Source: Candidatus Methanoperedens sp. (GTDB taxonomy: Archaea; Halobacteriota; Methanosarcinia; Methanosarcinales; Methanoperedenaceae). Taken from it: 32,000 nucleotides of DNA. The stretch lies in NCBI GenBank assembly GCA_027460535.1, contig JAPZAR010000024.1, positions 90,001-122,000 of the forward strand. The letters run 5' to 3'. How positions within the stretch are numbered: position 1 is the stretch's first letter; every line of letters begins with the position of its first letter. The position numbers and the translations under genes were made by a program. Of this stretch, positions 25,275 to 32,000 are shown in pieces. The notes under the pieces are model-generated. The model had not been told where the DNA came from, made no database searches, and saw only the letters and a program-made list of their open reading frames with translations.

Positions 25275-25349
25275 GTCGAATAAGAAAGAGTGATTGCTCA
25301 CTCTCTCTCTTCCAAGAACCGTACTTGCGACTTTCACCGCATACGGCTC
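25275..25349 (-). mobile_element. Group II intron 3' end fragment (domain V and domain VI)
   Basis: Minus strand 25349-25316 reads GAGCCGTATGCGGTGAAAGTCGCAAGTACGGTTC. This is a 34-nt domain V with the AGC triad, 2-nt bulge and GAAA tetraloop. It is followed by a domain VI hairpin (GAAGAGAGAGAGTGA-GCAA-TCACTCTTTCTT-A-TTC) with a bulged A 7 nt before a ...GAC 3' end at 25275. Confidence 0.85.
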
Positions 25350-25491
25350 AAGCGTTCGATAACCCTTTAAATAGGCCAGCAGTTATTTGTCATATATATG
25401 AATCATTTGATTCATGGTCAGTTTCCCATACGTTAAAAAAGTCACAAGATTTATAACTGTTTCATGACATTGCATAATTGCAGGTGAAAAA

Positions 25492-25674
25492 ATGCCTTAC
25501 ATATATAAAGTTAAAAATATCGGAGGAACAAAACCAGGGAAAGCGATAGAAAAAAAGTTGAATGACCTTGGAAGCGAGGATTGGGAGTTAATAGCTTTCC
25601 AATGCAATAATGATAAGACTTTAACAGGAATATTCAAAAAGGTCAAATTGTCATCAGAGAATTCTGGCGCATAA
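25492..25674 (+). CDS. Small DUF4177-like protein
   Basis: 60 aa. YIYKVKN...IEKKLNDLGSEDWELIAF...GIFKK resembles the DUF4177 pattern. Memory-based assignment. Confidence 0.4.
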   Translation: MPYIYKVKNIGGTKPGKAIEKKLNDLGSEDWELIAFQCNNDKTLTGIFKKVKLSSENSGA

Positions 25675-25714
25675 TAGCTATTTCATTCATAGCTACAAAG
25701 AACTTCCAGCCTTT

Positions 25715-26635
25715 TCATCTGGCCAATTTAAGGAACACATCCTCGAGGTTCGGCTGCGAAATCTCAATGTTTTTAATATGGACCTCGCAGAACTTCTTCA
25801 ATACATTATCAATTATCGACTCCACATTCTCCGCCACGAGCTTTATTTTTCCATCCTCATGTACGATGTCAAGTATTCCATTAATATCCTTCAAAACCGC
25901 AATATCGAACCTCCCTTCATAATCTATTGTTATGGTCTCACCGAGTTTCATCTGCCTTTTAAGTTCACCCGGCGTCGCATTTGCAATTATCTCCCCTTTC
26001 TTGATAAAGGCAATGCGTCCGCAGAGCTCTTCGGCTTCCTTCATATAATGCGTGGTAAGGACGATGGTTATTTCCTTTTCCTCGTGTATACGTTTGATGA
26101 GTCTCCTTATCTTTATGGACATGTCCGGGTCAAGACCCATGGTGGGTTCATCCAGAAAGAGAAGTCGCGGTTCGTTCAGAAGAGCTTTTGCGAGGGAGAG
26201 GCGCTGCTTTGTCCCCGTTGAAAGGGAATCGAACCTGGCATTTCTGAAAGGCTCAAGTTCGAGCATGCTAATGACATTATTTATGGACTTCTCCTTGTTT
26301 TTCAACCCATACAGCATCGAAAAGTACCGCAGGTTCTCATAGACGGTGAGGCTCCATGGGAAATTCGGGTTCCCGCTACTGATGTTCACAATGCTTTTCA
26401 CGCGGTTCGCCTCTGCGAGCGTATCAAGCCCGAAGATACGTATTTTGCCGCCATCCGGTATCGTGAGCGTGGCAAGAATGGAGATAAGGGTTGTCTTGCC
26501 CGCGCCGTTTGGGCCAAGGATGCCGAATATCTCTCCTTCCTCTATATCGATGGAAACATTCTTCAGGACCTCTTTTTTCCCGTGGGCCCCCTCTTTGAAG
26601 TGCTTATATATTCCCTCTGCCTTGACTGCGAACAT
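25715..26635 (-). CDS. ABC transporter ATP-binding protein (ABC-2/DrrA-like)
   Basis: Walker A GPNGAGKTT, signature LSTGTKQRL, Walker B LLFLDEPTMGLD. The start is placed at the Met giving MFAVKAEGIYKHF; the ORF is open to 26707. Confidence 0.85.
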   Translation of the reverse strand: MFAVKAEGIYKHFKEGAHGKKEVLKNVSIDIEEGEIFGILGPNGAGKTTLISILATLTIPDGGKIRIFGLDTLAEANRVKSIVNISSGNPNFPWSLTVYENLRYFSMLYGLKNKEKSINNVISMLELEPFRNARFDSLSTGTKQRLSLAKALLNEPRLLFLDEPTMGLDPDMSIKIRRLIKRIHEEKEITIVLTTHYMKEAEELCGRIAFIKKGEIIANATPGELKRQMKLGETITIDYEGRFDIAVLKDINGILDIVHEDGKIKLVAENVESIIDNVLKKFCEVHIKNIEISQPNLEDVFLKLAR

Positions 26636-26722
26636 AAACACCATACTGGTTTGAAGAGCAAAAAAGCTTCTTTTCCATTCTTGAGAACAACTTAAATTCG
26701 ATTCCATCCATACTACAAATTT

Positions 26723-27883
26723 ATGGAGGGTAAAAAAAGCTATAAAAAATCGCTTGGTCTATACGAACTTGTAAGCCTGGGCGTGGGCGGGACAATTGGT
26801 TCAGGAATATTCGTTGTTCCCGGCATAGCCGCTGGCATAGCAGGCCCAAGTTCTCTATTCGCCTGGTTCTTCGTTGCAATTTCCGCATCCTGTGTCATGT
26901 TCTCATTAGCATGGGCTTCTTCCAGATATCCCTCCACCGGGGCTTTCTATTCCATCTTTTCAAAGGTATTCGGCACAAAAACATCCACATCCCTTGTGAT
27001 ACTGTATTTGATATCCTCGGTATTCGGGATAGCCACTATAGCATCCGGAATAGGTCAGTATCTCTCTTATTTCGGTATCCAAAATATCCTAATTATCGAA
27101 ATGCTGATAATCGCTATGTTCTGCCTTATCAATATAATCGGCGTCTATCTTTCAGGGACCACTGAGATTATCCTGACAACCATCAAAACAATTCCTCTCG
27201 TAATTCTCGCCGTCCTGCTGATGCAATATATCCAAAAAAGCAATTTTTCACCCTTCTATCCTGCCGCCCCCACGGATTTCCTGAAGGCTCTGATCATCGT
27301 TTACTGGCCTTTTACAGGCTTTGAAATAAGTGCGATACCTGCTGAGGAAACAAAAGATAAGAACTTAATATTCAAGTCTCTTATTATAGTGATGTCCATT
27401 GTTGTATCCGTATATCTTTTATTGAACATCTCCTTGATCGGCAGCGTTGGGAGCAGAGTTCTTGCAAGTTCTCCTGCGCCTCTCGCCACGGCGGCGGGAT
27501 TGATCCAGAAGGAATCCGGATGGATCGTGGGAATTATCGGGATCGCTGCAATGCTCTCGGCTTTGAACGCCTACGTGCTCGGGACATCCAGGGTGATGCA
27601 GAACATATCCCACAGGTTCAGATTTCCGATATTGAAAGATATTGGTGACAGGGGGACACCTGTGGCTGCCATATTATTGAGCGCTTTTTTTGGCGGAGGA
27701 TTATTGCTCTTCTCTAACCATTTCAACGAGCTTGCAAGCATATCTGTCATAACGACCCTCCTGCCCTATATTTTCTTATGCCTTTCTGCATACATGCTTT
27801 TCATTGAAACAAAGATAAGGCTGATCGCGGGTATAGGTGCCGTCACGACTATTGCTATCCTGGTATTATATTTCATATTCTGA
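26723..27883 (+). CDS. APC-family amino acid permease
   Basis: 386 aa with about 11-12 TM helices and the N-terminal [15 protein letters not shown] signature. Confidence 0.75.
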   Translation: MEGKKSYKKSLGLYELVSLGVGGTIGSGIFVVPGIAAGIAGPSSLFAWFFVAISASCVMFSLAWASSRYPSTGAFYSIFSKVFGTKTSTSLVILYLISSVFGIATIASGIGQYLSYFGIQNILIIEMLIIAMFCLINIIGVYLSGTTEIILTTIKTIPLVILAVLLMQYIQKSNFSPFYPAAPTDFLKALIIVYWPFTGFEISAIPAEETKDKNLIFKSLIIVMSIVVSVYLLLNISLIGSVGSRVLASSPAPLATAAGLIQKESGWIVGIIGIAAMLSALNAYVLGTSRVMQNISHRFRFPILKDIGDRGTPVAAILLSAFFGGGLLLFSNHFNELASISVITTLLPYIFLCLSAYMLFIETKIRLIAGIGAVTTIAILVLYFIF

Positions 27884-27945
27884 AGAAGACTCCCGTACAC
27901 ACAACAACCTTTACATATCCGCAAGCATTTTTAGTACCGACCACT

Positions 27946-29229
27946 ATGACCACACTCGACCCATGGGGCGCAGTCAAGATCGATAATTACTCAAAACTGT
28001 TCGATGAGTTCGGGATATCGAAGTTCGATGAGCTTCTCGATAAAATACCAAACCCGCACAGGTACATGCGCAGGCATGTTATTTTCGGGCACAGGAGCTA
28101 TGATTCCGTCCTCAATGCCATGCTTTCAGGCAAGCCGTTTGCAGCCATGAGCGGCTTTATGCCTTCGGGTCGCGCGCATCTCGGTCATAAGATGGTGATG
28201 GAAGAGATCATATGGCATCAGCAGCAGGGCGGTGATGCATTCCTTGCTATTGCGGACATGGAGGCGCACGCTGTCAGGGGGAAAAGCTGGAAGGAGTGCA
28301 GGGAACTGGGGATAAACGAGTATATCCTGAGCGCGATCGCGCTCGGATTCGAACCGGGTGGGCATATTTATTTCCAGTCAAAGTCAAACAATGTAAAGGA
28401 ACTGGCCTTTGAGCTTGGCATAAGGGCAAATTTCTCGGAGCTGAGCGCCATATACGGTTTCAACGGGGAGACGAACATCGCGCACATGATCAGCGCGCTC
28501 ACGCAGAGCGCAGATATTCTGCAGCCCCAGTTAATGGAATTTGATGGGCCGAAACCCGTCGTCATTCCGGTCGGGGCTGACCAGGACCCGCATATCAGGC
28601 TGACGCGGGGGCTTGCCTATAAAGTCAACATGTTCATTGTTGAGGAACGCCGGGGCGCCGGGAAGGCATACGTAAGCGTTCGAGGCAAAATGGCACCGAA
28701 GGATGCTCTTTCTGAAATTGCCAGGCGCACGGATGGTAAACTTTATGAAGAGCATGTGGACGTTTTCGCCCTGGATTCCCGGGAAGTGGAATCTATCGTT
28801 CGAGAAGTGGAATTGAAATATCATGGTTATGCCTTCATGCCTCCCGCATCCACCTACCACAAGTTCATGACAGGCTTGCAGGGCGGCAAGATGTCAAGCA
28901 GCATCCCTGATAGCTACATCGCCCTCACCGATAAACCTGAAGATGGGGGAAAGAAAGTGATGCGCGCAAAGACGGGCGGCAGGGTAACGCTTGAGGAGCA
29001 AAAGGTGAAGGGTGGTGAGCCTGATGTCTGTACGGTATACGAGTTGCTGCTTTACCACCTGATCGAGGATGATAATGAACTCAAGGAAGTCTATAAGGAC
29101 TGCGTTGGTGGGACGCGCGTGTGCGGCAACTGCAAGAAATATACGGCAGAATTGATGCGGGAGTTTTTGAGAGACCATCAAGAGAAAAGGGAGATGGCGA
29201 GGGAGAAGCTTGGGGAGTTCGGGCTCTGA
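27946..29229 (+). CDS. trpS: Tryptophanyl-tRNA synthetase, archaeal/eukaryotic type
   Basis: N-terminal LDPWG...[16 protein letters not shown]-type [14 protein letters not shown], and the C-terminal [20 protein letters not shown]...CGNCKK block as in archaeal TrpRS. Confidence 0.85.
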   Translation: MTTLDPWGAVKIDNYSKLFDEFGISKFDELLDKIPNPHRYMRRHVIFGHRSYDSVLNAMLSGKPFAAMSGFMPSGRAHLGHKMVMEEIIWHQQQGGDAFLAIADMEAHAVRGKSWKECRELGINEYILSAIALGFEPGGHIYFQSKSNNVKELAFELGIRANFSELSAIYGFNGETNIAHMISALTQSADILQPQLMEFDGPKPVVIPVGADQDPHIRLTRGLAYKVNMFIVEERRGAGKAYVSVRGKMAPKDALSEIARRTDGKLYEEHVDVFALDSREVESIVREVELKYHGYAFMPPASTYHKFMTGLQGGKMSSSIPDSYIALTDKPEDGGKKVMRAKTGGRVTLEEQKVKGGEPDVCTVYELLLYHLIEDDNELKEVYKDCVGGTRVCGNCKKYTAELMREFLRDHQEKREMAREKLGEFGL

Positions 29230-29362
29230 TATCATATTACCAGATTCTTTAAGGGCTTTCTGGCATTCACCACATTTTTGAAGATCAAAACAATAAAAAC
29301 TACACAGTCTAATTTCGTTTCATATTACCAAAATTATATAAACTAAAGCAGCAAGATAATCA

Positions 29363-29632
29363 GTGGATGCACATAAAGGAGGATACACTATGGTACGATT
29401 AGAAAAACAGGGGGATTCCTTCGTACTGGTGACAGGTACAGCACAGAAACAGGACATAAGCGTTTTAGTTAATGCTATGGCAGAGCTTCAAAAAAATTCC
29501 CCGGACAGGAATAAGATCAAGGATGGCCTCTTGTACCTTGATAATTCTTCGGGGACCGATATTAGAAAAGAAATTAAAACTGTGCTGCAAAAGGCTATCG
29601 AGTATAGGGAACTGACCATCACAGACTTATAA
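29363..29632 (+). CDS. Small hypothetical protein
   Basis: 89-aa ORF (alternative Met at 29390). No recognisable motif. It precedes the 368-aa unknown by 21 nt. Confidence 0.4.
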   Translation: MDAHKGGYTMVRLEKQGDSFVLVTGTAQKQDISVLVNAMAELQKNSPDRNKIKDGLLYLDNSSGTDIRKEIKTVLQKAIEYRELTITDL

Positions 29633-29653
29633 TCACAGACCAATATTTTACTG

Positions 29654-30760
29654 ATGCCAGATCTGTTCCTGATTCCGATTATAAACATATTTGATGTTCA
29701 CGATGTTGCTATCAGGGATTGGCTCAATAAACTTGACGTGTATGATCTGAAGCCTCATCTTGAATATCCTTTCAGGCTTGACAGGTTTTTCCCTGAGAGT
29801 ACAAAACACGCCCTGAAATGCGTGGATGATGTCCACGGGGAAATCCTGCGTTTGCTCGATATTACCGATCCGCAGGCGGTCTTTTTTGATATATCGGTTG
29901 ATTTTGTTGATCTTGAGAACAGGTATAACAAAAGACTTATTTCACCTCTCGAGTTCTGGTCCGAGTATTACCAGATATCAGCCGGGAAAGGTGGCTCACA
30001 GGCTTTATATTGTATTTATATCAAAGGAATTATTGACAGGAACATAAGACTTATTGAAGGCAAAGACCACCTTCCATTAAGCGTGGTTTTTTATGGCCAG
30101 GATATTAAGACCAGGGAAGAGTTCATTCCAGTCTATGAAAACATTCTCGAAAAGGACGATGATTTCTTATTGCAGATGGTGAGGGTGGTCAATGAAATTG
30201 CTACATTCCGTACATTGCCAAAACATCTCTGGTATACCCCTATGCAGATAAGACTGATGGCAATTTCATACGAGGAAACAGAGAAATTCTACAACGAACT
30301 CCTAAACCGTCTTGGAGAAATGCTGAGATTCAAAATAAGGGATTACATAGTTAGAAATTTGAAAGATCGTGCGCTTGAGTTGTCGTTGGCATACGAGAGA
30401 TTCCTTGAGCATAAGATAAGAGCTGATGAAATAAAATTCTCAAATATCCTCGAAGGGCTGAATATACTCACAACCCAGTTGGAGAATCCCTCGATCGTGA
30501 TATTCTGCGCACCCATGCACTACTGCGCCCTTTTGGATGCATTAAAAAAAGAAAAAAGTCTGGGCGAGCTTGCGATCACTATCAGGGAGATCGATATATC
30601 ATCATTGCTGGATAAGATGAAACCCTTCACGCAAAAGAATAGAATAATGCAGAACGACTACGATGTTGCCTTGAACATACTCGGATACAAAAAGCCCGCA
30701 AAATATGATACGCCTGGAGCAATTCTTAATCCTGCGCCAGGTATTCCACATTTGGCCTGA
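29654..30760 (+). CDS. Hypothetical protein, no recognisable domain
   Basis: 368-aa ORF, helical and charged in its C-terminal half. Its 3' end overlaps the convergent protease gene by 35 nt. Confidence 0.5.
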   Translation: MPDLFLIPIINIFDVHDVAIRDWLNKLDVYDLKPHLEYPFRLDRFFPESTKHALKCVDDVHGEILRLLDITDPQAVFFDISVDFVDLENRYNKRLISPLEFWSEYYQISAGKGGSQALYCIYIKGIIDRNIRLIEGKDHLPLSVVFYGQDIKTREEFIPVYENILEKDDDFLLQMVRVVNEIATFRTLPKHLWYTPMQIRLMAISYEETEKFYNELLNRLGEMLRFKIRDYIVRNLKDRALELSLAYERFLEHKIRADEIKFSNILEGLNILTTQLENPSIVIFCAPMHYCALLDALKKEKSLGELAITIREIDISSLLDKMKPFTQKNRIMQNDYDVALNILGYKKPAKYDTPGAILNPAPGIPHLA

Positions 30761-31556
30761 CCGCCCTGAAATTCTTCATGAATTCATGGATCTCAGGCGG
30801 GAGTTCTGTTGAGACCGGAAGCCCAAGGTCTATTGCATCCTTCGCCGAGATAAGGTGCGCATGCACCATTTCTCCACCTATCAGTTTTTCCACCACCTTT
30901 CTTTGCTTTTCTATATCATCGAACTTCCCGTCAAGCAGTTCGTTCACGGTAGCTCTCATGAAATTCAATACTTTTTCCGAGATATCACTCATCATAAGGG
31001 TAGTATCGTCCGCTTCAAGTCCTTTTTTACTGGCAACGTGGAGCCACGAGGGCGCTGGAAAAACGCCCCTCAGGAAATCGCCAACCTGCGGGTCTATCGG
31101 ACCGAGGGAGGCATCCTTGTCCATTATTATTTCATTTGCCGCAAGGGCGATGATCGTCCCGCCCGACATGGAATAATGAGGAATGAAAACCCGGGTCCTG
31201 GATTTGTGATTCTTCAATGCTCTTGCTATCTGCACCGAGGCATGAAGCTGTCCCCCCGGCGTATGGATGATGAGATCTATAGGTTTATCTTTTGCCTCGC
31301 GTATACCTCTTAGAACCTCCTCCGCATCCTCCACATCTATATACTGATAGACAGATAAGCCCAGCATGGAGATCGCTTCCTTTCGATGTATCATCGTAAG
31401 CACTTTTGTACCCCATTTTTCCTCCATATCCCGGATCTTGGAGAGCCTTTTTCTCCGCGCCGCACGCATCTGGAATTGCGGATACATCAGGAGATACAGG
31501 AAAACCAGCGCACCGAGGATGATCAGGAAATCCGTAGTATTCAGTTGCTCGAACAT
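30726..31556 (-). CDS. ClpP-fold serine protease (SDH/serine dehydrogenase proteinase, DUF114-like) with N-terminal TM anchor
   Basis: N-terminal TM helix FLIILGALVFLYLLMY, then IDLIIHTPGGQLHASVQIARAL and PHYSMSGGTIIALAANEI, typical of PF01972-type membrane-bound ClpP-class peptidases. Confidence 0.7.
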   Translation of the reverse strand: MFEQLNTTDFLIILGALVFLYLLMYPQFQMRAARRKRLSKIRDMEEKWGTKVLTMIHRKEAISMLGLSVYQYIDVEDAEEVLRGIREAKDKPIDLIIHTPGGQLHASVQIARALKNHKSRTRVFIPHYSMSGGTIIALAANEIIMDKDASLGPIDPQVGDFLRGVFPAPSWLHVASKKGLEADDTTLMMSDISEKVLNFMRATVNELLDGKFDDIEKQRKVVEKLIGGEMVHAHLISAKDAIDLGLPVSTELPPEIHEFMKNFRAVRPNVEYLAQD

Positions 31557-31578
31557 ATACGAATCATTGCTTTCCCTA

Positions 31579-32000
31579 CTAAATATAGGTTATGAAAATT
31601 CCCCACGCTATCAGGATGATCGTTCCTATTACAATAAAACCTGGGAAGGTCTTCCTGGTCAGACCGGCAAGCTCCGCCGGACCTGACCATCTCACCAGCA
31701 GCATCTTGTTTCCTGTGCTTATTATGCTTGCAAGCACCGCGGTCAGCGCCGCCGTGCTGAAAGGAATAACCCCGCTTACAGCCAGTGCGGTGGCAGACGC
31801 TGTCACTACAGCGCTGCTGATAAACCCTCCAAGTGCGGTGGCATAAATGCCGGCAACCCCGGCCCACATATTGGCGAATCTTGAAACTATAGATAATGCC
31901 GCAAAGCCGAAGCCGAATTTTATGGCTGAAGACAGGGCAAAAGGTGATTCCAGTTTGATGGTCTCGTTTGCATGTATATCGTCCCTTGATTTTATTACCG
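31579..32000 (-). CDS. Integral membrane protein, partial (frame stays open to the window end)
   Basis: The hydrophobic Ala/Gly/Ile-rich ORF continues upstream of the Met at 31869 with no stop (…AIKFGFGFAALSIVSRFANMWAGVAG…). It lies directly upstream of the protease gene on the same strand. Confidence 0.5.
   Translation of the reverse strand, partial: VIKSRDDIHANETIKLESPFALSSAIKFGFGFAALSIVSRFANMWAGVAGIYATALGGFISSAVVTASATALAVSGVIPFSTAALTAVLASIISTGNKMLLVRWSGPAELAGLTRKTFPGFIVIGTIILIAWGIFITYI

Noticed and set aside
25275-27500. Full-length group II intron with a reverse transcriptase upstream of domain V
   Set aside because: The upstream minus-strand space holds an ordinary ABC ATPase and a plus-strand small gene. 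No GUGYG 5' end, domains I-IV or RT motifs were seen, so it is called a fragment.
20561-29319. Shared 10-mer TAATTTCGTT next to the right 18-bp repeat (20561-20570) and upstream of the 29363 gene (29310-29319)
   Set aside because: AT-rich 10-mers are expected to recur many times by chance in a window this size, and there is no extended similarity.

Overview
Archaeal chromosomal window, judged from Alba, archaeal-type TrpRS, deoxyhypusine synthase, Lhr helicase, CYTH and DUF2124/CGGC/DUF1858 proteins. A membrane-anchored multihaem cytochrome c / cytochrome b pair and a group II intron remnant suggest, by inference only, a Methanosarcinales / ANME-2-like host. Housekeeping blocks are lhr-CYTH, alba, the cytochromes, dys, tyrA-aroE, arcC, an NDP-sugar transferase, rpiA, an ABC ATPase, an APC permease, trpS and a ClpP-fold protease. 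Four accessory patches interrupt them. (i) 1-4370 holds five toxin-antitoxin modules (2x hicAB, COG2405/COG2886, 2x vapBC) separated by four same-orientation copies of a GC-rich repeat; one vapBC is bracketed by a duplicated lhr 3' tail. (ii) 18076-20568 is a 2.46-kb AT-rich cassette bounded by a perfect 18-bp direct repeat. It carries a two-gene operon (unassignable 357-aa protein plus a 371-aa protein with a PD-(D/E)xK motif) and is my best candidate for an undescribed defence/mobile system. (iii) 22470-25715 is a second AT-rich island with an RHH-fusion protein, a small membrane protein, a GIY-YIG-like protein, another membrane protein and the domain V-VI 3' end of a group II intron. (iv) 29363-30760 holds two further unassignable genes. 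Also notable are an alba gene interrupted by an in-frame TGA with conserved Alba sequence continuing downstream, and a decayed hicA beside an intact hicB. No rRNA, tRNA or CRISPR array was seen by eye. All family assignments are motif recognition from memory, not database searches.
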